A stretch of 64,000 nucleotides of DNA, from NCBI RefSeq assembly GCF_963921235.1, contig NC_086109.1, positions 9,984,001 through 10,048,000 of the forward strand. The letters run 5' to 3'. Positions 11,971 to 26,742 of this stretch are shown here, in pieces (position 1 is the first letter of the stretch; each line of letters begins with the position of its first letter). The stretch comes from Mobula hypostoma (Eukaryota). Made by a program: the position numbers and the translations under genes. The notes below the pieces were generated by a model that worked only from the letters and a program-made list of their open reading frames with translations, had not been told where the DNA came from and made no database searches.

Positions 11971-13769
11971 AGAATAATGAAGAATATCAATATGTGAAGA
12001 AAAGTCGTTCAAGATCAGCTCCAAGTAGATCAAAGGTCTTAAAATAGGGGCAGGAGTTGGCCTTCCTGTCCTTAAGACTTGTTCCACTAACTGAATCTCT
12101 CATCCACTGGCCTGTAATAAAATCAAATTCTCAAAGTAAATTTATTATTCAAAGTGCATATGTTTCCATACACCAATTTGAGGTTCATTTTCTTGCAGGC
12201 ATTTACAGGAATATAAAGAAATACAATAGAACTTATGAAAAGCTATACAAAAACAAAGACTGACAAACAACAAGTAACCCCAATGTCTCCCTAGCAACCA
12301 AAAATTCAACAGCTCAGAGAAACATTTCCCACCATCCAGGCCTCTCAAAAGGTTTATGCTTCAGTTTGATCATTCTTCTAATCACCAAGGAATACAGAGC
12401 TAGGTTTCTCAAAGAGACTTCAGATGCTGGAATCTGGAGCAAAGTCCAGATGAAAGGTTTCAATCCAAAATGGCGTCTGTCCATTTCTCTCCAAAGATTA
12501 TCTCCAGTACTTTGCTTGTTGCTTCTAGTCTTCTCAGTCTGTTCTCCTAAGATAATCTCTTCAGTCCTGGAAATCATTCAATGAAAATCCACATTCTGCA
12601 AAAGAATAAAACAAAAATATATCCATAATCTAGTTATTCCTGTAATTATCCCATTATGTGATACCAGTACTCCTCGGACTATTAGACTGATACAATTATC
12701 CTGTATCTATTATTATTCTTCCAGATGATAAAATATCCCATGAATACTATTGCTAATATTAGTCCAGTTGTTACATTTATTATTCCTGTACTTGGTGAGG
12801 AATCTTCCCAATACTCCACCTTCCTCTCCTATCAGATTTGCCAACTGCATCTCTTTGTCACCATAATTTTAACCCCCCTCCCCCAGCTTCTGTCACTATT
12901 CTTACTCTTCTCTCCTCACCTGGATCCATCCACCTCCTGCCAGCACTTGCCCCATCCTTTCATTCACTTCGTTACCTTCCCTCTATATTTCAGTCCAGAT
13001 GAGGGGTCTTGACCCAAAGCACCAACTGCCCATTTCTCTCAGTGGATGCTGCTTGACTCACTGAGCTCCTCCAGCATTTATAGAGAAGCAAGCCATTTGA
13101 CCCACCATTTCTCTGTCAACCAGTGGGCATCCAACTACATTAATTGGCCCATCGTCTTCTATGCCTGGGTGATCCAATTACTTGTCTAGACACTGCTTAT
13201 ATGCTGTCTGTAACTCTCTGGCAGTGCTCACCATCTCTAAGTGAAAGAAATTTGCTCTCAAATCTTCTCCAATATTTTACCCTTGTTCTGAATGTTTGCC
13301 CTCTTCTTTCTACTCTGGAGAATTGTTTACTGCAATCTACCCTTTCTATACCATTCATAATTTTATCTACGCCAGTCATGTCTCTTCCTGTTTGTGAGTC
13401 CGCGAGTTCACTGCAGGATGGAGGCCCGGAGGCGTCCTGTTCTGGGGTTGGAACACTATCTGTGTTGATCTTGATCACTATCTTGATCTCAGCCCAAAAC
13501 GTTAACTGTTTATTCTTCTCCTTAGATGCTGCCTGACCTGCTGAGTGCTTTCAATATTTTGTGTGTGTTACTCTGAATGTTGAGTACCTGCAGAATCTCT
13601 TGTGCAAATAAGTCTAGCTTAGCTGGGCACTTTTGTCAGCATGGTTAAGTTGGGCCAGAGAGCCAGCTTACTCTTTGACCAGAGCACAACATAACTAGTC
13701 TCAACAGGGCTCCATATATAATACAGGAAGAGGCCATTCAATCCACTCTGCCCAATCAGCTCCACTTAT

Positions 13770-14380
13770 ATTCAAAGTTCAGAAGCTCAGAGTTTAAAGT
13801 TATGTTTGTTATCACAGTGCATACATGTCACTACATACAACCCTGAGGTTCTTTTTTAGCAGGTAAACTTAGATTGTCATAGCTGGGAAATCTAGAGAAC
13901 AATAACTTAAACTGTAACGTCATGAGCTGTTAACCGTAAATAAGCTGTGCAAGTGCAGATATAAGTAAATAGTAATGAATAATGAGCATGAAGTAACAAG
14001 ATAAAGAAAATCATTAAATGAGTGTAGCTATCCCCTTTTGTTCAAGATGCTGAGTTTTGAGAGGAGTACCTGTCCTTGAACCTGGTGGTGTGAGTCCTAA
14101 CGTACTTGTACCTTCTATCTGATGGCAGCAGCCAGGAAAGAGCATGGCCTGGGTGGTGAGGATCTTTGATGATTGATGCTGCTTTTCAATGGCAACGTTT
14201 CATGTCGATGTGCTCAATGGTTGGGAGGGCTTTACCCATGATGTACTGGGCCAAATCCATTACCTTTTGTAAGGTTTTCCGCCCAAAGGCATTGGTGTTC
14301 CCATCCCAGGCTGTAATGCAGCCAGTCAGCACACTTTCCACCACACATTTATAGAAGTTTTGCCAAGGTTTTCAATGACA
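13770..14380 (-). mobile_element. Rex1/Babar LINE 3' fragment
   Basis: Reverse complement of the Rex1-type 3' end (CCTGGTGGTGTGAGTCC..GATGGCAGCAG..CCATCCCAGGCTGTAATGCAGCCAGTCAG). Confidence 0.75.
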
Positions 14381-15227
14381 AGGACTTACGTCATCAAAAA
14401 GGATTTATGTGTCCTGTTCGAGAAATACTGCAAAAACGTTCTCTGTTGAAATGTATCTGCCCTCCTCACCCTCTTAGTCATTGCCTTCCTAATCCTAACA
14501 ACCCGTCAAGCTGAATAAAAAGGTCTGTGATTCCCTCACTCTTCCAATATCTTGACACTGGGCCTCAATGGTATGTGTCCATCTGGACAGTTACAATGGC
14601 CAGGGAGCAGCATTAATGCTCGGCTTTCTTTCTGAAGCCAGCAAATGCAAAATAAATGAATTCACTAAGGGAAATTATATATTTTTAAGACCCGTTGCCC
14701 AGTCTGCAGTTACATCAAGGTGCAGTCCATCATAAACAGTAGCTAATGTTATTGCCAGAGAGATTAAATAAATAAAAGTCAGAATCTCAACGGAATTCGA
14801 AATGAGAGCTGAGTTCTCAGCTAATTGTCCCTGCACTTTGAATCCATTTCCAAACTAAATGAAGCTGTTTCACGCACTTTACTGCTGCTTTGATTTTGAG
14901 GGAGTTATTAGGCAAAAACAGCTAGTAGGTTATGATGGGATATTTTTTCTTGGGTTAAAAACAATTTCTGGATAATGTTATGAAGAAATAATGGAAACTT
15001 TGTAAGAAACCACACGAGAGGTTTCATTTCTGTTTTTTTTAAGCTTGTTTGGCTTTAGATAGTTCAGCTACAGTTCATTGTTGTTGCTCCTGCAGAAGAC
15101 CCAAACTGAGTTCTGAGACATTGGTTTGATGCCTGGTGGGAACTGCAATACAGGATAAGCTCACTCTCGGTTGACTGAACCATCGGCAAAATCTTTAGAA
15201 GGTGATGCCTCAAAAGCATCCATCCAT

Positions 15228-15601
15228 CGAATGTTGAAAGGCATGGACAGAGTAGATGTGGCAAAGTTGTTTCCCATGATGGGGGAGTCTAGTACGAGAG
15301 GGCATGACTTAAGGATTGAAGGGCGCCCATTCAGAACAGAAATGCGAAGAAATTTTTTTAGTCAGAGGGTGGTGAATCTATGGAATTTGTTGCCACGGGC
15401 AGCAGTGGAGGCCAAGTCATTGGGTGTATTTAAGGCAGAGATGGATAGGTATCTGAGTAGCCAGGGCATCAAAGGTTATGGTGAGAAGGCTGGGGAGTGG
15501 GACTAAATGGGAGAATGGATCAGCTCATGATAAAATGGTGGAGCAGACTCGATGGGCCGAATGGCCGACTTCTGCTCCTTTGTCTTATGGTCTTATGGTC
15601 T
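15228..15601 (+). mobile_element. CR1 3' end nested in a Rex1 fragment
   Basis: ORF RGHDLRIEGRPFRTEMRRNFFSQRVVNLWNLLP; (TCTTATGG)n tail. Confidence 0.85.
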
Positions 15602-16356
15602 TATTAAAGAGCCCCATCACCCAGGACATACCCTTTTTTCAGGGAGGAGGTACAGGAGCCTGAAGACACCCACTCAATGATTTAGGAACAGCTTCTTCCC
15701 CACTGTGATCAGATTTCTGAATGGTCCATGAACACTGCCACAATATTTTGCTCTCCTTTTGCGCTACTTTTTAAAATATATTTCTTATTGTAACTTATAG
15801 TAATACTTTTTATGTGTGTTGCGGCAAAACAACAAATTTCACAACATATGTGAGTGATAACAAACCTGGTTCTGAGATTCCTCTCCAGGATGTTTGACAA
15901 CATTGACAAGGGAGGCATTTCATAATCAGCATGGAAACAAACTCTTCAGCCTATCGAGTCCATGCTGAGCTAGCAATCAGGTCTCCTTAACTCCAGTAGA
16001 TAAAAGCCTAACTTATTCAACCTTTTCTTATGAGACATCCAATCCCTTCAATATAGCGGTCTAATGAGCATTCTCAGAAGTAATTCCAATCCGTTTACAT
16101 ACTTTCTTAACTAAGAATAATATTGTATACGCACTCCAGATATGTTCTAATCAATTCCCAATATTACGAAAGGAACATTTATCCTCAGGATATATCAACT
16201 ATCTTTTTGTTCCCACCGATATATTTACTATTTAATATTATTATTATTTTTAAGGTGTTTTTACTCAGCTCAAGCTGATAAAACTTGAGGTACGGGCATA
16301 CCCAAGCACACTCACTTCTCAATTGCAAGGAGCTGTCGGACTATTCTAGTGGTAAA

Positions 16357-17221
16357 AACATAGAAACATAGAAAACCTACAGCACAATAAAGGGCCTTCG
16401 GTCCACAAAGCTGTGCCAAACATGTCCCTACCTTAGAACTACCTAGGCTTTACCCATAGCCCTCTATTTTTCTAAGCTCCATGTAGCCATCCAGAAGTCT
16501 CTTAAAAGACCCTATCGCTTCCGCCTCCACCACCATTGCCGGCAGCCCATTCCACGCACTCACCACTCTCTGCGTAAAAAAAAAACTTACCCCAACATCT
16601 CCTCTGTACCTACTTCCAAGCACCTTAAAACTATGCCCTCTCATGCTAACCACTTCAGCCCTGGGAAAACGCCTCTGACTATCCACACGATCAAAGCCTC
16701 TCATCATCTTGTACACCTCTATCAGGTTACCTCTCATCCTCCATCGCTACAAGGAGAAAAGGCGGAGTTCACTCAACCTATTCTCATAAAGCATGCTCCC
16801 CAATACAGGCAACATCCTTGTAAATCTCCTCTGCACCCTTTCTATAGCTTCCACGTCCTTCCTGTAGTGAGGCAACCAGAATTGAGCACAGTACTCCAAG
16901 TGGGGTCTGACCAGGGTCCTATATAGCTGCAACATTACCTCTCAACTCTTAAACCCAATCCCATGATTGATGAAGGCCAATACACCGTATGCCTTCTTAA
17001 CCACAGAATCAACCTGCACAGCAGCTTTGAGTATCCTATGGACTCGGCCCCCATGATCCCTCTGATCCTCCACACTGCCAAGAGTCTTGCCATTAATGCT
17101 AAATACTGCCATTATATTTGACCTACCAAAATGAACCACCTCACACTTATCTAGGTTGAACTCCATCTGCCACTTCTCAGCCCAGTTTTGCATCCTATCA
17201 ATGTCCCGGTGTAACCTCTGA
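16357..17221 (-). mobile_element. CR1 LINE 3' fragment
   Basis: ORFs WAEKWQMEFN, LYRTLVRPHLEYCAQFW, RGHSFKV; (CATAGAAA)n tail. Confidence 0.9.
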
Positions 17222-17224
17222 CTG

Positions 17225-18520
17225 CCCAGGTGTTTAGTATTGTGGCTGTCTGGAGATTTACATAGATATTGCTGTGTACACCTAATTGTTTGAGGAAATA
17301 GCAAGCAGGATAGACAAAGGGGAATCAGCAGATGTTGTATATTTGGATTTTCAAAAGACATTTGATAAGGTGCCACACATAAGGCTGCTTAGCAAGATAA
17401 GAGTCCGTGGTATTACAGGAAAGATACAAGCATGAATAGAGCATTGGATAATTGGCAGGGGGCAAAGGGTAGGAATAAGAGATTTTTTTCTGATTGGCTG
17501 TGGGTGACTAGAGGTGTTCCACAGAGGTCGATGTTGGGACCACTTATTTTTACCTTTTTTGTCAATGATTTGGCTGACAAAATTGAGGACATTGTGGCCA
17601 AGTTTGTGGACAAAATGAAGATAGGTGGAGGGCATGTAGTGTTGAGGAAGCAGGGAGTCTGCAGAGGGATGTGGACAGATAGGAGAATGGGCAAAGAACT
17701 GGCAGATGGAATACAGTGTCAGGAAGTGTATGGTCATGCACTTTGGTAGAAGAAACAAAAGCATAGACTATTTTCTAAATGGAGAAAAATTTCAAAAATC
17801 TGAAATGCGAAGGGACTTGGAGTCGTTGTGCAGGATTCTCTAAAGGTTAATGTGTAGGTTGAGTCAGGGATGAGGAATGCAACTGCAATGTTAGCATTCA
17901 TTTTGAGAGTTCTACAATATAAAAACAAGGATATAGCACTGAGGCTTTATAAGGCATTGGTGAGGCCTCACTTGGAGTATTGTGAGTAGTTTTGGGCCCC
18001 TTTATCTAAGAGAGAATGTGCTGATGTTGGAAAGGGTTCAAAGGAGGTTCACGATTCTGAGATTGAAGGCTTATCATATGAGGAGCTTTTGATGGCTCTG
18101 GACTTGTACTCACTGGAATTTAAAAGAATGAGGGGAGAACTCACTGAAATTTATTGAATGTTGAAAGGCCTTGATAGAGAATGTGGAGAGGATGTTTCCT
18201 ATGGTGGGGAAGTCTTGGACCAAAGGGCACAGTGTCAGAATACAGGGACATCCATTTAGAAAGGAGATGAAGAGGATTTTTTTTATCCAGTGGGTGGTGA
18301 ATCTGTGGAATCTGTTGCCAAGGATGGCTGTGGAGGCCAGGTCATTAAGTATATTTAAGGCAGTGGTTGATAGATAGATTCTTTTTAAGTCAGGGCATAA
18401 AAGTTCAGGGGGAAAGGACAGGAGAATGGGGTTGAAAGGGAAACAGACCAGCCATGATAAAATGGCAGATCAAACTTGATGGGACAAATGGCCTGACTCT
18501 GCTCCAATGTCTTATGCTTC
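17225..18520 (+). mobile_element. CR1 LINE RT to 3' fragment (different subfamily)
   Basis: YLDFQKTFDKVPH, GVPQRSMLGPL, FVDKMK motifs with frameshifts. Confidence 0.88.
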
Positions 18521-19136
18521 ATTGTTCATTCGGAAATCTGATGGAGGAGGGGAAGAAGCTGTTCCTCATATGTTGTGTGGGAGCAAACCTGTGAAGGGAG
18601 AGTCCTGATGAAGACTTTCAACCCAAAACATCAACAATTCCTTTTCCTCCATAAATACTGCTCGATACGCAGAGTTCATCCAGTGGTTTGTTTTTTTTTT
18701 GCTTGTAGACTGAGATTGAGTGCAAATGTCGGCCTTGTTTACAATGATGTTCAAAGGGATTTTGATTGCATCCACACAGCAAACTGCCTTTTTCCAATAG
18801 CTCCCTTATGGAAAGCACAACAGGGCTATTAATAAAAAAATCTCATGCCATCTTAAAAGTTTCTTCCACCAGGCAGTTCATCTGATTAACCATTCTAGTT
18901 AGCTCCCCACCCCCTTCTATCTATTACCCCATCGATCACTGTACTTAAAACCACTGTTTATAATGCTGTTTACATTGTAAATACATGCTGGTATTTATAT
19001 ATTTATGCACATTTTATTCTATATCTGTACTTTAATCTTTGCATTTAGTTTTTATATATTTCTTTATTCTTATAATTGTTGAAGGTCGTTTTTTTGTTGC
19101 ATGTCATAGCACTGCAGATTTCTAATACCTGTAAAT

Positions 19137-19420
19137 GGGGCGGCATGGTAGCGGAGTAGTTAGTACAACACCTTACAGTACAGGCAACCCAGGTTCAGTC
19201 CCGGCCGCTACCTGTAAAGAGTTTGTACGTTTGTGCGTGGGTTTCCTCCGGTGTACCGTTTCCTCCTACAGTCCAAAGATGTACCGGATGGTAGATCTAT
19301 TGATCTATCATTGTAAGTTGTCCCATAATTAGGTTAGGGTTAAATCGGGGAATTGCTGGGCGGCGAGGATCAAAGGGCCGGAGAGCCTATTCCACGCTGT
19401 ATCTCAATAAGTAGATACAT
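19137..19420 (+). mobile_element. Full-length V-SINE
   Basis: GGGGCGGCATGGTAGCG..GGTTCAGTCCC tRNA head, V core, TCTCAATAA tail. Confidence 0.85.
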
Positions 19421-19483
19421 GTATATGCCGAAAACAGGTGATCCTTTTCCTTAAATGTTTCCCTCTGTTTTTGTCACCCTCAG

Positions 19484-19553
19484 TCGGAATGGCCACCTGG
19501 TGGGACAGATTGCAGCTAGCGACATTTATAAAAATCCCAAGGTCTTTGAAAAG
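19484..19553 (+). CDS. slc26a9: SLC26A9-like exon D, (F)RNGHLVGQIAASDIYKNPKVFEK
   Basis: tttttgtcaccctcAG / AAG|GTaagg; 70 nt, completes the split Phe codon; SLC26 GQ..DIY.NPK motif. Confidence 0.94.
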
Positions 19554-21883
19554 GTAAGGACCAAAGTCAAAGTCAAGTTTATAGTTATGTGAACAAGTAC
19601 ATGAATTGGAAACTTACTTTCAGCTGCATCACAGACTCAGAGTATCAGATACACAACATTCACAAGAAAAAACATCAACATAAATTGTTTACAGTTTTTT
19701 ACAAGAAAGAACACCATTAGAATTTCAAAAATAATCCAATTTAGTGCAAAATGATCGAAGTGGTCATAGCATTCCTAAACTCCAGTGATCTTGTACTGGC
19801 TGGTTCAAGAACCAAATGGTTGAAGGGGTGTAGCTGATCTTGAACCTGGTGATATGGGGCTTCAAGCTTCTGTATCTCCTGCCCAAAGGTGGCTGTGAGA
19901 AGGGGGTATGCCCCAAATGATGGGAATGGGAGTGTAGCTGTTAATGCAACGCTTTTCGGTGCCAGCGGTCACTAATTGGTGTCCTATTCCTACTGCAGTT
20001 TGTAAGGAGTTTGTACATTCTCCTGAGACTGTGTGGGTTTACTCTCACCTTCCAAAAGACGTACGAGTCAGGGATAGGGTCTGAATATTGTGGGCATGCT
20101 ACGTAGGTGTCCGAAGCATGGCGACCTTTACAGGATGCCCCCAGCATACCTGTATGTTTTGATTTTTTGATGTACATGTGACAAATAATGTTAATCTTTA
20201 AATCTTTGATAGATGTTGCCTTTTTGAGGCAGCACCTCCAGTAGATACTACCAATAGTGGACAGGTATATGCCCGTGACCTGTGACATATTGGATGCCAA
20301 TGAACCCAGTGTTACCTAGGGCAGATAATTTATATCTACGTCAGTGTGTCACTTTACCTTGATATTGAATAGCTCCCTATTGCTCCTATTTTCCTGATTC
20401 TATGCTTCCTGATTCCCAGTGCTCCTATCAGGCTTCAGCATTATTCCCAGAGACCCCATTCCAGTCCAAAGTTAAGTCCAGCTCATTCCAGATATCCACC
20501 CCCCACCCCCGCATGAGGAGCTCACCCCTCAGATCCTCTTTAAGTCTCTCCCCGCTCACATTAAACCTGTGCCCTCTGGTTCTAGACTCATTTATTGGAC
20601 AGGATTTCCTTATAGGCTGAAATCTATCAATAGAGAGCAGTGATTATGTGGAATGAGTCACCCAGAGGAAGTTCGGAGGTGGTTACGATTTCAGCATTTT
20701 GGACAGATGCCTGAACAGGATGTGCAGAGACGGATTTTGGCTTAAAGTAGACAAGCGGGATTGGTATAGATAAGAATGGACGAGGTAGGACAAAGGCCAC
20801 ACTATTGGGTTGTATGCCTCCATAACTCTAAGAAGGTGTCAGTGGATGCTTAAGGATTGATCTAAAAGTCCGAAAATGCTGGAAGTCCTCAGCAGATCAG
20901 GGAACCATCAGCAGGGAGGGTGAAATGGAATTATCATTTCATCTCCCTTTCCCCCCTCCAGTGTTGCTGCCAGACTTGTGAAGTGGTTGAGCATTGTATG
21001 CTTCCATTTCAGCAGTCCCACATCTGCAGTATTTTTGCCTTTAAATACGGGTTTGATTGTTTTGGATTGGATTGCAAAAGGTCTCCACTCAAACAGGGAT
21101 AAAATGTTAAATGTCAGCTGTTGGAGTCTGCAGTAACTTCTTGATTTCTCCCACTTGGACGACTTGAATTTCCCAACCTAGAAAATGTTCTTGTAAATAT
21201 TATGGGTGGAACTTATCCCCATGGCAACCATCTGGCTGTTGTTCTAGCTTTAACTGTTTAAAAGAATATTAATGCCCACAGCACAGGCATTATGACCTGA
21301 GTAAGATGCACACTTGCCCACTAACATCAGCTGTGAATTCCCAAGCTTGTCACCACGGTGATAAGAAAAAATCCTGACTACTCAGAATCTGGGGGAGAAA
21401 GATCCCACAGGGTCAGAACAGAGATGAAGAATTTCTTTAGTCAGAGAGTGATGAATCTGCAGAATTCATTGCCACAGGTGGCTGTGGAGGCCAAGTTATT
21501 GGGTATACTTAAAGCAGAGGTTGTTAGATTCTTTATTAGTAAGGGTGTCAAAGGTTACGGAGAGAAGGCAGGAGAATGGGGTTGAGGCCTAATTTGATGT
21601 CATGGTAGTTTGACTCTTATTACAGCTCAGGCATTCCGGAGTTTGGAGCTCAGTAACTGCGTCATCCATAGGGGATCTGTACGTTCTCCCCGTGAACATG
21701 TGGGTTTCCTCCCACAGTTAAAAGACATACCGATTAGTAGGTTAATTGGTCATTGTAAATTGTCCTGTGGTTAGGCGCGGGTTAAAAAAGGTGGGTTGTT
21801 GGGCAGTGCAGCTCGTTAAGCCCGAAGGGGCTATTTCGTGCTGATCAGGAGAATGTACAAAAAAGTGGCAGATGGAATATAGT

Positions 21884-22472
21884 TCATAGAACATAGAATA
21901 GTACAGCACAGTACAGGCCTCTCGGCCCACAATGTTGTGCTGACCCTCAAACCCTGCCTCCCATATAAGCCCCCACCTTAGAATCTTCCATATACCTGTC
22001 TAGTAGTCTCTTAAACTTCACTAGTGTATCTACCTCCAGTACTGACTCAGGCAGTGCATTCCATGCACCAACCACTCTCTGAGTAAAAAACCTTCCTCTA
22101 ATATCCCCCTCGAACTTCCCACCCCTTACCTTAAAGCCATGTCCTCTTGTATTGAGCAGTGGTGCCCTGGGGAAGAGGCATTGGCTATCCACTCTACTAT
22201 TCCTCTTATTATCTTGTACACCTCTATCATGTCTCCTCTCATCCTCCTTCTCTCCAAAGAGTAAAGCCCTAGCTCCCTTAATCTCTGATCATAATGCATA
22301 CTCTCTAAACCAGGCAGCATCCTGGTAAATCTCCTCTGTACCCTTTCCAATGCTTCCACATCCTTCCTATAGTGAGGTGACCAGAAATGGACACAGTACT
22401 CCAAGTGTGGCCTAACCAGAGTTTTACAGAGCTGCATCATTACATTGCGACTCTTAAACTCTATCCCTCGAC
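21884..22472 (-). mobile_element. CR1 3' fragment nested in a + strand CR1
   Basis: ORFs 22126..22500 and 21947..22192; the host CR1 resumes at about 22474. Confidence 0.88.
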
Positions 22473-22473
22473 T

Positions 22474-23322
22474 TGTGCAGGGAAATGTATGGTCATGCAC
22501 TTTGGTAGAAGAAGTAAAAGCATAGACTATTCTCTAAATGGAGAGCAAATTCAGAAATCAAAGGTGCAAAGGGACTTGGGAGTACTCGTCCAGGATTCCC
22601 TAAAGGTTAACATGCAGGTTGAGTCAGTGGTGAGGAGGGCAAATGCAATGTCAGGATTCATTTCAAGAGGAATAGAATATAAACGCAAGGATGAGGTTTA
22701 TATTCATGCTATCCTTAGACTGTTGTCAGTAATCTTGGGCCCTTGACTAACAGAGGATGCAATGGCAATGGAGAGGATCCAAAGGAGGTTCATGAGAATT
22801 ATCCTGGGAATGAAAGGTTTAATGTATGAGGAGCATTTGACAGCTGTATTAGATTTTAGAAGAATGAGGGGGACCTCCATGAAACCTATCAAATATTGAA
22901 AGCCTATGTAGAAAGGATGTGGAGAGGATGTTTCCTATAGTGGGGGAGTCTAGGAACAAAGGGCACAGTCTCTCAATACAAGGACTCCCCTTTAGAATGG
23001 AGATGAGGAAAAAGACCCTATTGTATCCGCTTCCACCACCGCCACTGGCAGTACATTCCACACACTCACCACACTCTGTGTGAAAAACCTACCCCTGACA
23101 TCCCCTCGGAAACTATTTCCAAGCACCTTAAAACTATGCCCCCTCATGTTAATCATTCCAGCCCTGGGAAAAAGCCTCTGGCTATCCACACGATCAATGC
23201 CTCTCATCATCTTATACACCCCTATCAGGTCACCCCTCATCCTCCGCCATGCCAAGGAAAAAAGACCAAGTACACTCAAGTTATTCTCATGAGGTACGCC
23301 CTCCAAACCAGGCAACATCCTC
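22474..23322. mobile_element. CR1 fragments, + (22474-23012) then - (23013-23322)
   Basis: KCMVMHFG..RDLGVLVQDSLK; MLPGLEG..RGHSFKV. Confidence 0.8.
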
Positions 23323-24502
23323 ATAAAAGGATCTTAGGCTAAGGAGAGACCTGATAGGACTGTATAAAATTATGAGAGGTATAGTTTGAATAGACAGTTA
23401 AAGTCTTTTCCCCCCAGAGTAGAAATGCCAAAGATATTCAGGGTGAGGTTTTCACACAGATGTAGGCAGGTGCCTGGAAAGAGCAGCCAGGGCTGGTGGG
23501 GGAAGCAGACACAAAGGTGGAATTTTAAAGGCACCTGGGACATGCACATGCTGGAAATGGAGGGATATGGATCATGTGCAGGCAGGTAGGTTTATATAGA
23601 ACAGGGAACATATATTATTACAGGATCAGAATCAGAATCAGGCTTTGTATCACCGGCATGAGTCGTGAGATCTGTTAACTTTACAGCGGCAGTACTGTAC
23701 AATGAAATGCATTATAAATATCAAAAAAAAGGTTACAGTATGTATATTAAATAGTAAGGGTAAAATAAGCAGTGAACAAACAGAAATTTTAAAAAAGTAG
23801 AAAAGTAGTGTTCCTGGGTTCAATGTCCATTTAGAAAGTGGATGGCAGAGAGGAAGAAGCTGTTTCTGAATCGCTGAGTATAGATCCTTCAGCCCATGAT
23901 GTTGTGCTGACATTTTATCCTACTTTAAGATTAATCTAACCCTCCGCTCCTACATAACCCTCCATTTTCTATCATCCATGTGCCTGTCTTAAATGCCCTA
24001 GAGTGTCAGCCTCTACCACCAGGCTTTGGAGAAACAATTCTAGCTTGTCAGCCTCTCCTGAGAGGTAACGCACTCTAATTCAGTCCTCATAATGCTTGCT
24101 TTGGGAAGCCTGAGGAGCATAATATCATACAACAGTCAAAGAAAACTTCAAGCCTGTTCCAAATTCAATAAGATGCACTCAGTCTGCTTCCCAGGAAAAA
24201 GGAGTAATAAAGTCGGAATCAGATATTTAAGGTGAGACGGGAAGTTTTACAGGGGACTTGTGGGGCAACGTCTTCACGTGGAGGGTGGTCCATGTATTGA
24301 ATGAGCTGCCAGAAGAAGTTGTTGAGGCAAGTGTGTTAACAGCACTTATAAGATGGTGGGACAGGTAGGGATAGAAAAAGTTTAGAGGGATAGAGGCACG
24401 TTCAGGCTTTTGTGTCTTTTACCTGATTGGAGAAGGTAGAAGAGGGAATGTTCGGAATGTAGGGGGCCTTTGGTTATGATGGCTGTTTTACTGATGCAGT
24501 GG

Positions 24503-25040
24503 GAATCAGAATCAGGTTTAATAACACTGGCTTACATCGTGAAATTTGTTGTTGCTATGTAGCGGCAGTCATTGCAATACGTAATCATAAAAACTGAATT
24601 ACAGTAAGAAGTGACATATATGTTAAATTAAAATGTAGTGCAAAAAAGTAGTGAGGTAATGTTCATGGGTTCAATGTTCATTCAGAAATCAGATGGCAGA
24701 GGGGAAGAAGCTGTTCCTGAATTGCTGAGTGTGTGCCTTCAGGCTTCTGTGCCACCTTCCTGATGGTAGCAATGAGAACAGGGCATGACCTGGGTGATGA
24801 GAGTCCTTAATGATGGATGGCGCCTTTTTAGGGCATCGCTCCTTGAAGATGTCCTGGCTGCTGTGGAGGCTAGTACCCATGATGGAGCTGGCTGAGTTTA
24901 CAACTTTCGGCAGTTTATTTCACCAGATGTTGATGCAGCTGATTAGAATGCCCTCCGCGGTACATCTATAGAAATTTACGAGCGTCTTTGGTGACATACC
25001 AAATCCCCTAAAGCTCCTAATGAAATACAGCCTCTGTCAT
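24503..25040 (-). mobile_element. Rex1/Babar LINE 3' fragment
   Basis: ORF IIKDSHHPGHALFSLLPSGRWHRSLKAHT..FRNSFFPSAI; (AGAATC)n tail. Confidence 0.8.
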
Positions 25041-25892
25041 GTAGACAATGTCCATGGAAGGGAGGCCTCTAGGTTACAAGCTATGGGAAGGCGTATTACA
25101 GCTCAGCATTACAGCTATGGGAAAGAATTGGATATGTGGAATTAAAATGGGATCAGTCAAGATCTTATAGAATAGCAGAAGAGGCTGGAGGTTAGATGGG
25201 CCAAAACATGTTCTATTGTAATCCTTATACACAAGGGATTCTACAGATGCTGGAAATCCAGAGTAGCACAAACAAAATACTGGAGGAACTCAGCAGGTCT
25301 ATGGAGAAGAATAAACAGTCAACGTTTGGGGCCGACATCCTCATCAGCACCTAATGGAGGATCTCGACCTGAAACATCATTGGTTTATTCTCCTCCACAG
25401 GTGCTGTTCAACCTGCTGAGTTCCTCCAATGTTTTGTGTGTTTTGCTGTGTAAGCAATGTACCATCTCAAAGAAGCTACAGAAACTGGAAGACCCACACT
25501 CAATGATTCAGAAACAGCTTCATCAGGAATACCGAGGAACACTACCTCAGTATTCCTTTTAGCACTGTTTATTTCCTTTTTGAAACTTATAGTAATTTCC
25601 TGTCTTTGCACTCTACTGCTGCTGCAAAACAAATTTCACACCAACTAAGTGAGAGACAGTAAATCTGATTCTGATTCCAATGAATGTAGAGTAAACATGT
25701 ATAAAAGAATAAAGGCTGACTTGGAGCAAGGTATGCTTGTTTTTAGTATGGGTTTCGGATCCAACAATATTATTTATTTGCCACATATGTTCTATTAATG
25801 ACATTTACAACTGTATCGTTGAACTGCTCACTGTTAAAAACCAAACAAACTTCTTCAATAAGTAACTGAATCATCATTGTGTTTCATTCCAG

Positions 25893-25985
25893 GCTAAAGA
25901 AATCAGTGGAATAAAAATTATAACTTACTGTTCCCCGCTGTATTTTGCAAATGTGGAGTTTTTCCGGAAGAAAGTGATTAAGAAG
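25893..25985 (+). CDS. slc26a9: SLC26A9-like exon E (STAS start), AKEISGIKIITYCSPLYFANVEFFRKKVIKK
   Basis: gtttcattccAG / AAG|GTaata; 93 nt; GIKIITYCSPLYFAN matches SLC26A9. Confidence 0.96.
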
Positions 25986-26494
25986 GTAATATATCACTGA
26001 CTTGGAACTTGTAAGGAGCAGCAGAGAAAGTCCAATGATCTGTCATCAGATTCTTCATCAATCCTGATGTTCAACATCTGGTTCACCCATTAGTTCAGTG
26101 TGTGTGATAGGACTCAGCAATGCCAAATGTGCATGTGGTCGGAGCCAGCAGCAATGCTGGGGACTACATGTGGATTCATAGAGTCACGCAGTACAAAAAC
26201 AGGCCCTTTGGCTCAACTGGTCAAGACTAACCAAGATTCCCATCTGAGCTAGACCCATTTGCCCATAACTCTCTAAACCTCTCCTATCCAAATGCTGTTA
26301 ATCGACCTGCCTCCACCACTTCCTTCGAGAGCTCATTCCATATACTGACCTCACTCTGGCCCTCAAGTTCCTATTAAAACTTTTTCCCTCTCTTAAGCCT
26401 ATGTCCTCTGGTTCTTGATTGCCCAACACTAGAAAAAAGTCTGTGTGCATGTAGCCTAAGTATTCCATTCATAATTTAAAACATACTTTTTAAA

Positions 26495-26742
26495 AATTTT
26501 ATTTTTACTTTGAGATACAGTGAAGCCCTATCAGCCCAACGAGCCCATGCTGCCCAAATACACCCATGTGACCAATTAACCTACTAACCCATACTTTCTT
26601 GGGATGTGGGAGGAAACTAGAGCACCCAGAGGAAACCTACGCAGTCACGGGGAGAGTGTACAAACTCCTTACAGGCAGCAGTGGGAATCGAACCCGGGTC
26701 GCTGGTACTGTAATAGTGTTACACAAACCGCTGTGCTACCGT
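26495..26742 (-). mobile_element. V-SINE
   Basis: Reverse complement of tRNA head plus V core. Confidence 0.8.
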